Assembly: GCA_017940265.1 (NCBI GenBank)
Contig: JAGAYY010000022.1
Coordinates: 6,946 to 70,945 of the forward strand
DNA: 64,000 bases
Source of the DNA: Bacilli bacterium
GTDB lineage: Bacteria; Bacillota_I; Bacilli_A; RFN20; CAG-826
Direction: 5' to 3'
In this document: piece after piece, positions 48,388-57,628 of the stretch
Position numbering within the stretch: the first letter of the stretch is position 1
How the letters are laid out: the number at the start of each line of letters is the position of its first letter
The notes under the pieces: generated by a model
The model's database searches: none
The model's input: only the letters and a program-made list of their open reading frames with translations
Told to the model about the DNA's origin: nothing
Program-made: the position numbers and the translations under genes

Positions 48388-51300
48388 ATGGGTTTTAATA
48401 AAGAACAACAATCCGCGATTGACGCTCCAATTAGTAAAAATGTTTTAGTGGCCGCAGGCGCAGGTTCAGGTAAAACTAGAACTCTCGCGGAAAAGGTTTT
48501 CACCATCATCGATAAAGGTGAAGTTAAACCAAGCGAATTATTAGTGTTAACATTCACTGATAACGCTGCGCATGAAATGCGTGAAAGAATTATCGGAAAC
48601 TTTAAAGATAGAGGAAAAGAAGATATTGCGGAACAAGTAGCCTCCGCGCATATACAAACATTTGACTCCTTTGCGAGATTCTTAGTGGTTATGTACGCTG
48701 ATGCATTAGGCATTTCATCTAATGTTAATCTCGTTAATAGTGATGTAATATCTGCGAAGAAGAGTGTTTATCTCGATGAAATATTTGATGAATATTATAA
48801 CGATGATGATAAACGTGAAAAGTTAGTTAAGACATTAGTTAAATTTAATCTAGATTCTGATAGAAACACCAAGAAAGTTATCGTGGATTTATGTAAGCAA
48901 TTAGATAAGCTTCCTTTGGAAAGAAAAGAAGAACTAATTAATAACTACGAAGAAAAATTCTTAAGTGATGAATACTTTAATAAAGTCATTAATGATTTAG
49001 TGACTTCTAGTAAAAATATCATTATTGATACGATTAAAGAAGCTTATTTCGTAGAAAAGAATCATGCAATTATTGATAGTGATAATCCAGAATTAATCGC
49101 TAATCTATTTAACGATAAATGCGCTTTTAATGTGGATATTAATCTTTGTAATTTCATCTGTGCTGTTAACCAAGAATATTATCAAAAATTAAAAGAAGCC
49201 TTACGTTTAAACGGACAAGACTTTGTTAGCAAAATACATGAAATCGCTAATGATAAGAACTTCAAGTTCTCGACGAGCAAGAAGAACCCAACAGGGGATG
49301 AAAAAGATAAAGCAGTCTTTGATGTCTTAAAAGGCTTATCTAAAAAGTTAGATATCGTGATGTGTATTGAAGATGTTGATACGGAAATCAATAAACTTAA
49401 ATACTTTAAAGATGACATATCGCTTCTTTTAGAAATTGTTAAGAAACTTAATAAGAAATTAGATGATTATAAACGCATCACTAATTCCTTTGAGTTTAAC
49501 GATATCCTCTTAATGGCGGTCTCTCTTTTAACTAATCCAAAATATGAAAAAGAAGCCACTAAGATTCGTAAACAATTTAAGTTCATCATGGTGGATGAAT
49601 ATCAAGACACCAATGATTTCCAAGAAGCTATTATTGATAGTTTATTACTACCAAAAGAAGATGGCACAAGTGCCCATCTATTCTGTGTCGGTGACGCTAA
49701 ACAAGCCATCTATGCTTTTAGAAATTCTAAAGTCGAACTATTTACTAATAGACAAAAAGCCTATAGCGGTGGCGAAGATAACAAAGTCATCTTAATGCAT
49801 AAGAACTACCGTTCAGGTAAAAAGTTACTTAACGAAATTAACCATATCTTTAAGTTCTATATGACATTAAGTCATGGTGGTATTGATTATGCCTTCACTA
49901 ATGAGGGATTAGAATATGATGAAGAACATGGTCCATATTCTAAACTCCCATATGATAACTTTGGCGTCTCACGTATTGTTTCAGTATCTGGAGAGGATGA
50001 TGATTCAGCGGAGGATCCTAAGATGTGGGAAGCCGAAGCCATCGCTAATGATATTAAAAACAAAGTTAAGAATCATTTTAAGATTTATAAACGCACCAAA
50101 GATGGTGGTGAACTAGTGGATGCTTCTTATGGCGACTTTGTCATTATCATGAGAAAAGGTACTGGCTTTGAGATGTATCAAGATGTCTTCAAACGAGTTG
50201 GTGTACCTTTAAACAACAAGTTTAAGACCAATCTCAAGGAGATTAATGCGATTTTGTTATTACAATCACTCGTGGAATTAATCGTTAATGAAATGCATCC
50301 TATGGAAGATAGTGACAAAGCATTCTTATTTGCCTCTGTGGCTCGTAGTTATATTTATCAATATGATGATCAAACCATCTATGACATCTTAAAAGAACAT
50401 GATGAAGCAAAGATTGATGAAGACCCAATTATGAAAGATGTGCGTCAGTTTATTGAAGAAAATAAGGACGTCAGTGCTTATGAATTCTTCATTAATATGA
50501 TTAATTTCTTTGGTATCGTGGATAAGCTTTGCTTAGTAGGCGATGTTGATGATAACGTCAGCAAGATTGAATCGTTATGGGCAATTCTTGCCTCTCAAGA
50601 AAAGATGGGTGATACCTTAGAGGATTTCGTGAGGTTCTTAAAAGATATTAATGACTATTCATTAGATTTAAGTGGTGACACCACGATTAAAGTGGATAAT
50701 GCAGTGGATATGATGACTATTCACGCTTCTAAAGGTTTAGAAGGAAAAATCGTTTATCTCCCAGTAAGCTTTAATCAATTAACACAAGGTAATAACGCAG
50801 AAAAGCCGGATTATATCTTTGATGAAAAATACGGCATCATTCTTCCTTATTATAATTATGACACTGAAGATGTTGATGAAGACGGTAACATCAAAGATGT
50901 TGTCGTGGATACTTTACCATCCATGCTCCTTAAAAATAGTGATAAAGACCCAGAAAGAGATGAGCATGTCCGTTTATTCTATGTCGCTTTAACCCGTGCG
51001 GAAAATATTGTTTATATCGTTGGGGATAAACCAAGTGGTGATAATAGAAAGAAAGAAACTCTCTATGGCATGCTTTCTTATTTGCCTCATTATCAAAGAA
51101 TTGATGAGGAGTATATCGCTAGAAAGATTAAAGAAAAACAAGTTGATCCAGCATTATATCAACAATATTTAAAGACTGTTGAAATAATTAAAAATATTAA
51201 TCTCATGTCCGCGGAAGGCATGGACGCTGATTTATATAGTAAATTATTCAATAAATACTATACCGATAAGTTAACTAAAATCTTAGAACAACAAATCTAT

Positions 51301-52278
51301 ATGTTATTTAAGCCTCTCTTTAGAGAGTTCTATCTAAGATTTAAAAATATGACTCGTGATCCATTAATGGACGCAACATTCTATGGCTATTATCGTTATA
51401 AAAAGGAATTCAAGTCCATTGAAGAACTTGAAGACACAATTAATGAAGATGCGAATGGCACAGTCGATTTAAATATGACCATTAATGACTTTGTTAATGC
51501 GGTTATTACTGGTAACTGTGCTTACTTCTATAGCAAAACTCAAGCCGCTATTATGGCAAAATTAACAGAAGAAGAGATACCGTATGGCTTATTTGATGTT
51601 TTATTACCAGTTTTTGTTAGAGGTTTTGACTGTCAGAAACGTTTCATCTTTGAATCTTATGAGAACAAGGATTATCGCGACGCAACGTTAATCTTTGAAG
51701 GTGAAAATGAATACGAAGAAGAAGTTGACGAAGAGGGATACGCCGAAGAAGTAATTAGTAAGATTGACCAATTACCAGTGGATGATTCCGTCATTACTTT
51801 CCCAACCATCATCAAAGAAAGAGCGAGTAAACAACGCCACTACGATGAAGCGGTGGAGGATACAATCCCAGATCAAGTTTTAACTCGTGGTGTTTATCTC
51901 CATAGATTAATGGAACTCGTCGACTTTGTGAGCAAAGACACTTCTTTCATTAAAAATGAAAAAGATAGAAAACTTATCGATAATGTTTTAAGTAATCCTG
52001 TCTTTAATGATTTAGGTAGTGCAAAGATCTATAAGGAATATGGTTATTATGATGAAACATTACAAACAACTGGTTTCATTGATTTACTATATTTCAAAGA
52101 TGGTGAATGCTATATCGTTGACTATAAGTCTCGTTCTATTGATGACGAAGCTTATGAAAGACAGTTAAGAATCTATCAACGTAACGTGCAGTTATTATTT
52201 AATATTAATAAGGAACACATGCACTTGTATTTATTATCACTAAGTGAAAATCGTATTAAAGAGGTTCAACCAGAATGA
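48388..52278 (+). CDS. addA: ATP-dependent helicase/nuclease subunit A (UvrD-like helicase plus RecB-type nuclease)
   Basis: 1296 aa. UvrD motif I AGAGSGKTRTLAEKV and motif II FKFIMVDEYQDTN. C-terminal PD-(D/E)xK-like GFIDLLYFKDGECYIVDYKS. Confidence 0.8.
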   Translation: MGFNKEQQSAIDAPISKNVLVAAGAGSGKTRTLAEKVFTIIDKGEVKPSELLVLTFTDNAAHEMRERIIGNFKDRGKEDIAEQVASAHIQTFDSFARFLVVMYADALGISSNVNLVNSDVISAKKSVYLDEIFDEYYNDDDKREKLVKTLVKFNLDSDRNTKKVIVDLCKQLDKLPLERKEELINNYEEKFLSDEYFNKVINDLVTSSKNIIIDTIKEAYFVEKNHAIIDSDNPELIANLFNDKCAFNVDINLCNFICAVNQEYYQKLKEALRLNGQDFVSKIHEIANDKNFKFSTSKKNPTGDEKDKAVFDVLKGLSKKLDIVMCIEDVDTEINKLKYFKDDISLLLEIVKKLNKKLDDYKRITNSFEFNDILLMAVSLLTNPKYEKEATKIRKQFKFIMVDEYQDTNDFQEAIIDSLLLPKEDGTSAHLFCVGDAKQAIYAFRNSKVELFTNRQKAYSGGEDNKVILMHKNYRSGKKLLNEINHIFKFYMTLSHGGIDYAFTNEGLEYDEEHGPYSKLPYDNFGVSRIVSVSGEDDDSAEDPKMWEAEAIANDIKNKVKNHFKIYKRTKDGGELVDASYGDFVIIMRKGTGFEMYQDVFKRVGVPLNNKFKTNLKEINAILLLQSLVELIVNEMHPMEDSDKAFLFASVARSYIYQYDDQTIYDILKEHDEAKIDEDPIMKDVRQFIEENKDVSAYEFFINMINFFGIVDKLCLVGDVDDNVSKIESLWAILASQEKMGDTLEDFVRFLKDINDYSLDLSGDTTIKVDNAVDMMTIHASKGLEGKIVYLPVSFNQLTQGNNAEKPDYIFDEKYGIILPYYNYDTEDVDEDGNIKDVVVDTLPSMLLKNSDKDPERDEHVRLFYVALTRAENIVYIVGDKPSGDNRKKETLYGMLSYLPHYQRIDEEYIARKIKEKQVDPALYQQYLKTVEIIKNINLMSAEGMDADLYSKLFNKYYTDKLTKILEQQIYMLFKPLFREFYLRFKNMTRDPLMDATFYGYYRYKKEFKSIEELEDTINEDANGTVDLNMTINDFVNAVITGNCAYFYSKTQAAIMAKLTEEEIPYGLFDVLLPVFVRGFDCQKRFIFESYENKDYRDATLIFEGENEYEEEVDEEGYAEEVISKIDQLPVDDSVITFPTIIKERASKQRHYDEAVEDTIPDQVLTRGVYLHRLMELVDFVSKDTSFIKNEKDRKLIDNVLSNPVFNDLGSAKIYKEYGYYDETLQTTGFIDLLYFKDGECYIVDYKSRSIDDEAYERQLRIYQRNVQLLFNINKEHMHLYLLSLSENRIKEVQPE

Positions 52279-52970
52279 GCATCAAAGAATTAATTGTTTA
52301 TGAAGATAAATACCTAGTGATTATTAATAAACCACGTGGTCTTTTATCACAGTTTGATGGTAATAAAGATAATCCTTCCTTAGATGCTATGCTTTCTAAT
52401 TATCTTGGTAAACAAGCGATGCTTATTAATAGATTAGATAAAGATACATCTGGTTTAATCGTGTTCGCTAAAGATAATAAGAGTGCGAGCGAACTCGCTA
52501 ATATCATTAATAATCACTCCATCGTAGAGAAACATTATTTAACTTTAGTGGCGGGTAACGTTACTGAAGATGGTGTGATTGATGCCCCTCTTAGAAAAAG
52601 CTATGAACGTAAGAAAATGGTTGTGGCCCCTCTTAAAAGTGGTGCGAAAACCGCAGTTACTAAATATTTTGTTAAAGAAAGATATAACGACTATACATTA
52701 TTAGATGTTCAACTGGTGACAGGTCGTACACATCAAATACGTGCGCACATGTCATATATCCGTCATCACGTGGTTGGTGATATCAAGTATGGTGACTATA
52801 AAGTTAACAACTATTTTAAGAAGGAATTTGGCTTCGAAAACCAGTTTTTACACTCCTATAAACTCATTTTTGGGGATATAAAAGGCCAATTTAATTACCT
52901 TTCAAATAAAGAATTTATCGCTGAATTATGCCCAGAAATGCAAAAATTATTAAAAAAATTAAATAACTAG
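52275..52970 (+). CDS. RluA-family pseudouridine synthase
   Basis: 231 aa; catalytic Asp in LDKDTSGLIVFAK (RLDKDTSG motif) and GRTHQIRAHM motif; ATGA overlap with addA. Confidence 0.8.
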   Translation: MSIKELIVYEDKYLVIINKPRGLLSQFDGNKDNPSLDAMLSNYLGKQAMLINRLDKDTSGLIVFAKDNKSASELANIINNHSIVEKHYLTLVAGNVTEDGVIDAPLRKSYERKKMVVAPLKSGAKTAVTKYFVKERYNDYTLLDVQLVTGRTHQIRAHMSYIRHHVVGDIKYGDYKVNNYFKKEFGFENQFLHSYKLIFGDIKGQFNYLSNKEFIAELCPEMQKLLKKLNN

Positions 52971-52999
52971 TTATTTAAATTAAAAAGTTTAAAATATTT

Positions 53000-53026
53000 T
53001 TAGCAGTCCTATTGACAGAGTGCTAA
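53000..53026. promoter_or_regulatory. CIRCE operator 1 (HrcA site) overlapping the hsp20 promoter
   Basis: TTAGCAGTC-N9-GAGTGCTAA, one mismatch to consensus TTAGCACTC-N9-GAGTGCTAA; the spacer contains the -35 TTGACA. Confidence 0.7.
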
Positions 53027-53039
53027 TTTTGGTTATAAT
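53012..53039 (+). promoter_or_regulatory. sigma-A type promoter of hsp20
   Basis: TTGACA (53012-53017), 16 nt spacer, TATAAT (53034-53039). Confidence 0.6.
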
Positions 53040-53046
53040 GTAGGTG

Positions 53047-53073
53047 TTAGCAGTCAAAGATGACGAGTGCTAA
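53047..53073. promoter_or_regulatory. CIRCE operator 2 (HrcA site)
   Basis: TTAGCAGTC-aaagatgac-GAGTGCTAA between the -10 and the RBS. Confidence 0.7.
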
Positions 53074-53099
53074 ATATGTAATATAAGGAGGTTGAATTT

Positions 53100-53501
53100 A
53101 TGAGAAATTATATTACTACCTATGATCCATTTTTCGACAGATTTTTCCTCAGGGCGAATAACTGCTCCACATCACATATGATGAAGACCGACATCAAAGA
53201 AAACAAAAGCGACTATCAAATGTTCATCGAACTTCCTGAAGTGAAGAAAGAAGACACAAGAATCACTCTTGAAAACGGCTATCTTAAAGTCACTGCTACC
53301 TTGAATAAGGAAGAAGAAAATGACGAAGATTACATCTATAGAGAAAGAAGCTATGGTGAATTCTCCCGTTCATACTATGTTGGCGATACAGTTAAACTTC
53401 AAGATATCTCCGCTAAATTAGAGAATGGTGTCTTAACAGTCAACATCAAGAAACGTAGCGAAAAAGAAATCGAAAAAGAACACCTCGTGCAAATCGCATA
53501 A
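53100..53501 (+). CDS. Hsp20/alpha-crystallin family small heat-shock protein
   Basis: 133 aa; C-terminal ENGVLTVNIKK pattern. Confidence 0.8.
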   Translation: MRNYITTYDPFFDRFFLRANNCSTSHMMKTDIKENKSDYQMFIELPEVKKEDTRITLENGYLKVTATLNKEEENDEDYIYRERSYGEFSRSYYVGDTVKLQDISAKLENGVLTVNIKKRSEKEIEKEHLVQIA

Positions 53502-53539
53502 AAGGTTTCCCAATAGTACTCCTTTCGCAAAAGCTTAAA

Positions 53540-53571
53540 GTAGCTTTTCAAGCCGTGGTTTATGGGACCAC
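53540..53571 (+). terminator. rho-independent terminator after hsp20
   Basis: AAGCCGTGGTttatgggACCACGGCTT followed by TTTTTT. Confidence 0.75.
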
Positions 53572-53623
53572 GGCTTTTTTTGAAGAAATACCTTTATAGT
53601 GGTAAACTACTAGTGAATAAAAA

Positions 53624-53639
53624 TTGTCATTAATGACAA
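53624..53639. promoter_or_regulatory. perfect 16-bp palindrome TTGTCATTAATGACAA upstream of htpG (candidate operator)
   Basis: Perfect inverted repeat 17 nt upstream of the htpG start region; not CIRCE and not CtsR-like. Confidence 0.3.
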
Positions 53640-53655
53640 AGATAGGACAGACATT

Positions 53656-55572
53656 ATGAAAGAAACAAAAGAGTTTCAAACCGAATCAAAAGAACTATTA
53701 AATTTGATGATTAATTCCATTTATAGCAATAATGAAATTTTCTTAAGAGAATTAATCAGTAACGCCAGTGATGCGATTGATAAATATCGTTATCAAGCAT
53801 TATCTAGTAAAGGTGAGATGCCTTTAAATGAATTTGAAATCAATTTAAATGTCGATAAAAAGAAAAGAACCATTACCATTTCTGATAACGGTATTGGTAT
53901 GAATAAAGAAGATCTTATTAATAACTTAGGTACCATCGCTAAGAGTGGTTCTAAGGATTTTGCTTCTAAGTTAAAAGAAGCGAAAGAAAAACAAGATCTC
54001 AATATCATTGGTCAATTTGGTGTTGGCTTCTATAGTGCCTTCATGGTGGCCTCTAAAATTGAAGTTTTAACTAAGACATATAACGGTCAAGGTTATTTGT
54101 TCACCAGTGATGGTCAAGAGAGCTACACAATTGAAGAAAAAGATAAAGAAACAACAGGTACAGAAATCACTATCTACTTAAAGAAATCTTCTAAAGAAGT
54201 AGATTATGATTCTTATCTTGAACAATATAAGATTAAAAACCTTGTTAAGAAATATAGTGACTATATCCGTTACCCAATTAAGATGTTGGTCACTAAGAGC
54301 GAACAAGTTTTAGATAAAGACGGCAAACCTGTTGAAGGTAAATACGAAGATAAACAAGTCTTAGAAACACTTAACTCCATGATTCCTTTATGGAAGAAGA
54401 ATAAGAGTGAAGTAACGGATGAAGACTTAAATGAATTCTATAAGAATAAATTCAATGATTATGAAAACCCACTAGCCTCTTTATTCGTTAGAGTAGACGG
54501 CAAGATTACTTATGATGCCTTATTATTCATCCCAAGTCATATTCCATATAACTTATATAGTGATTCTTATGAAAGAGGCTTACAGTTATATAGCAAAGGC
54601 ATCTTTATCAAAGATAAATGCCAAGAATTAATCCCAGATTACCTTAAGTTCGTTAAAGGTTTAGTGGATTCTGGTGACTTCTCACTTAACATCTCTAGAG
54701 AAATGCTTCAACAATCACCAATCATGCAAAAGATTAGTGAAAATGTCGAAAAGAAGATTGTTGATAAATTAAAAGATATTAAGAAAACAGACTTTGATAA
54801 ATATGTCACCTTCTGGAAGAGTTTTGGTGAACTCATTAAATATGGTATCTATAGCACATATGGTGCGAAGAAAGAATTATTGCAAGATACCTTGGTGTTC
54901 CACTCACTCAATAACGAAGATAAATACATCTCTTTAGTGGACTATAAAGAAAAGATGGCTAAAGATCAAAAGTATATCTACTTCGTCAGTGGCGAAAACT
55001 TAGATGCGATTAAGTTATTACCTCAACTTGAGAAATATCGCAAAAATAACGTAGACGTGCTATTACTTGATCAAAAGATTGATGAATTCGCTATCATGAT
55101 GTTGCACGATTATGACAAGGTTGAATTCAAATCCATCAGTGATGAATCCGCTTCTGAAGTCAGTAAAGAAGAACAAGAAAAGATCGATAGTGTAACCGCA
55201 GATAATAAGAGACTATTTGATACACTAAAAGAAGCTCTTGCGGGTAAAGTTAACGATGTTGTTGTTTCTTCTAAACTTGTGGACGCTCCTGTATGTGTCT
55301 CCACGAAAGATGGCTTATCTCTAGAAATGGAAAAGACACTCAATGAACAACCAGGCGCTGAAGATACAGTTAAAGCGGAAAAGATTTTGGAATTAAATCC
55401 AAACCACCCATTGTTCGAAGCCTTTACTAAGATTCAAAACGATGATGAATTAGTGAAGAACTACGCTAGTGTATTGTATGAAGAAGCTATGCTACTTGAA
55501 GGTAGAGAAATCGTTGATAAGAAAGCCTTCGTAGATAAAATTAACGAATTGTTCATTCGTGCGATGAAGTAA
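53656..55572 (+). CDS. htpG: molecular chaperone HtpG (Hsp90)
   Basis: 638 aa; GHKL ATPase N-box ELISNASDAIDKYRYQAL and GQFGVGFYSAFMVA. Confidence 0.9.
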   Translation: MKETKEFQTESKELLNLMINSIYSNNEIFLRELISNASDAIDKYRYQALSSKGEMPLNEFEINLNVDKKKRTITISDNGIGMNKEDLINNLGTIAKSGSKDFASKLKEAKEKQDLNIIGQFGVGFYSAFMVASKIEVLTKTYNGQGYLFTSDGQESYTIEEKDKETTGTEITIYLKKSSKEVDYDSYLEQYKIKNLVKKYSDYIRYPIKMLVTKSEQVLDKDGKPVEGKYEDKQVLETLNSMIPLWKKNKSEVTDEDLNEFYKNKFNDYENPLASLFVRVDGKITYDALLFIPSHIPYNLYSDSYERGLQLYSKGIFIKDKCQELIPDYLKFVKGLVDSGDFSLNISREMLQQSPIMQKISENVEKKIVDKLKDIKKTDFDKYVTFWKSFGELIKYGIYSTYGAKKELLQDTLVFHSLNNEDKYISLVDYKEKMAKDQKYIYFVSGENLDAIKLLPQLEKYRKNNVDVLLLDQKIDEFAIMMLHDYDKVEFKSISDESASEVSKEEQEKIDSVTADNKRLFDTLKEALAGKVNDVVVSSKLVDAPVCVSTKDGLSLEMEKTLNEQPGAEDTVKAEKILELNPNHPLFEAFTKIQNDDELVKNYASVLYEEAMLLEGREIVDKKAFVDKINELFIRAMK

Positions 55573-55598
55573 AGTCCTTCATAAACAAAATCAAATAA

Positions 55599-55622
55599 GT
55601 CTGCAGAAATGCAGGCTTTTTG
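55599..55622 (+). terminator. terminator after htpG
   Basis: CTGCAgaaaTGCAG followed by GCTTTTT. Confidence 0.5.
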
Positions 55623-55678
55623 CTTTAAAAAACATTGATTTTGACAATGAATTTTGATATATTGCTCTTGAAATATTT

Positions 55679-56959
55679 ATGGTTATTGCGAATTTACTTG
55701 TGTCATTTTTATCTATCCTAACTTTTGGTTCTGTCCAAAACTCGGGAAAAATCAATTTAAAAAGCGATTGCAAAACTATTGCTACTTTTTTAGAAACAAA
55801 TCTTAATCTTTTTGTTCAGGCTGTTAATGAAGAACGTAGTGAAAACGATGATATTTTTTATTGTGACTCAATCGAGAACAAGCAGACTGTTTACATTGAA
55901 GATAATGGGGCAATAAAAGAAACAATCCTATTAGACTTTGATGGAAGTAATGGATATTTGCTTTTGGCTGACAATTTTGAAATACTCGCTTTTTCTTCTC
56001 ATGGAAAATCTCCTTTTGATGGAGTTACTGCTGATCGATATAAGTACTCCCCTTATGGTGGCTTTTATTATGAATTTAATGGTCAAGTGTACGATATTAC
56101 TGGACATAATTATAATTCTATTGATTTGTCTTTAGCCTCTGGTGGCAGGCAGCATTATGATGGTCAGGCTTCTGGAATGCATGGGTGTGGCGGTATTGAA
56201 TCACCAGCTACTTATATAAATAACTGCTATGGTAATTCTTACAATCTTGTCTCTTCTAAATCACTTTCGGTTACTAGATTTACACAAAATACCTTGTCTT
56301 GCTATTTTATGGTTTCTGAAAGTGGAAGTTACACCGGTGAAGGAAACTGCGGATTAGTTGCCGGCTATCATGCCATGCAGTGCTTGCAAAGAACTAAATG
56401 GCAAAATATGCCTAGCATTAGTGCGAGGTGCCTATACGATCCTTATATTTATGAACCGAACGAGTATTTTAAAAGGTTCGATATAACTGGTAGACCTCTT
56501 TATGAAAATGTAGCAAAACAGGATAATGAAATTTTGGAAAACTGGCCAACCCTCTATAAAGAAGCAAGAATGTATGCTGTCAATAATTATAATAGGTGTA
56601 ATGATTTTATTGTTAATCAGGTATCTGCTACCATCGAGCACATTGCCTCCGATTATGGCTATAGCGTTGACGCAAGAGAGGATCCTCTTTATAAATTCAG
56701 TCTAGATAAAGGCATTAATGAAATAAATAATGATGAACCTCTAGTGTTTTATGTTTCTAACGACGAGACTTACGGGGCCCATTTCGTAGCTGTCAATGGT
56801 TATAAAAAATATCAAGAGAGAAAAAGAGTGTGGATTTTTGATGTTGTTAACACCGTTATTCTCTATGAAATTGTGGATGGCCAGTCAAATTACGCGAGAT
56901 ATTATGATATGTCTGCAACAGCCTCTCTTGGCATGTTGATTTTTATGGATTTAAAATAA
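55679..56959 (+). CDS. secreted papain-like (clan CA; C10/C39-like) cysteine peptidase, putative
   Basis: 426 aa; signal-like N-terminus; Cys motif GNCGLVAGYHAMQCL and downstream His motif YGAHFVAVNGY resembling streptopain's GGHAFVIDGADG. Confidence 0.45.
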   Translation: MVIANLLVSFLSILTFGSVQNSGKINLKSDCKTIATFLETNLNLFVQAVNEERSENDDIFYCDSIENKQTVYIEDNGAIKETILLDFDGSNGYLLLADNFEILAFSSHGKSPFDGVTADRYKYSPYGGFYYEFNGQVYDITGHNYNSIDLSLASGGRQHYDGQASGMHGCGGIESPATYINNCYGNSYNLVSSKSLSVTRFTQNTLSCYFMVSESGSYTGEGNCGLVAGYHAMQCLQRTKWQNMPSISARCLYDPYIYEPNEYFKRFDITGRPLYENVAKQDNEILENWPTLYKEARMYAVNNYNRCNDFIVNQVSATIEHIASDYGYSVDAREDPLYKFSLDKGINEINNDEPLVFYVSNDETYGAHFVAVNGYKKYQERKRVWIFDVVNTVILYEIVDGQSNYARYYDMSATASLGMLIFMDLK

Positions 56960-56972
56960 AAGGAGAAAAAGC

Positions 56973-57416
56973 ATGAAGAAAATTCTTTTGTTGATCCCTA
57001 CTTTATTTATTATTTCGGCGTGTAAAACTACTCCGCCTCCCCCAATTTATGCCTTTGGTCATGACAATGGTTTTGGCGTGACTGTGACACATTTTAAAGA
57101 TGGTAACAAGTTTGAAGTACTACTAAAAAAGAAACAGAAATATTTTAGTTTTTCTTCTTTTATGGTTGGGGCAAAAGAAACTAGATTTCCAGAATTAAAA
57201 GAAATGTTCACTTTTTCTGATACTGGTGAAGAAACCATAAAACTTAATGATGAAGGGTATTATGCTTTCGTTAAAGCTCTTGATGAAAGAACAATTTCAA
57301 TAAAATACGACCAATCAATGCGTGACGAAATAGTGGATTCAGCGTGTACGATTTATATGACTATTAACTCCTACACATTCACCAGCAAGACCCTTAACTC
57401 CAGTACTAGTTACTAA
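56973..57416 (+). CDS. small lipoprotein, hypothetical (candidate cognate inhibitor of the upstream peptidase)
   Basis: 147 aa; lipobox FIISAC; RBS AAGGAG; starts 13 nt after the peptidase stop. Confidence 0.5.
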   Translation: MKKILLLIPTLFIISACKTTPPPPIYAFGHDNGFGVTVTHFKDGNKFEVLLKKKQKYFSFSSFMVGAKETRFPELKEMFTFSDTGEETIKLNDEGYYAFVKALDERTISIKYDQSMRDEIVDSACTIYMTINSYTFTSKTLNSSTSY

Positions 57417-57443
57417 AAGTATAAAATGTCTTTGTATAAAAAT

Positions 57444-57467
57444 GTCTGCATTCATGCAGGCTTTTTT
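57444..57467 (+). terminator. terminator after the lipoprotein gene (sequence-related to the htpG terminator)
   Basis: TCTGCAttcaTGCAGG followed by CTTTTTTGTTT. Confidence 0.5.
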
Positions 57468-57628
57468 GTTTATGCATTGTCATAAAAGTTTACTAACTTG
57501 TCATTTGAAGTGTAGGCGCGCATTTGCTATATTATAAGCGCATGCGTTATACACATAAAATTATTGTCGGAATCTAATTTTTTTGTGTATTAACAATTAC
57601 ATAGTTATGAGAGAAAGGAGCTTTTACT

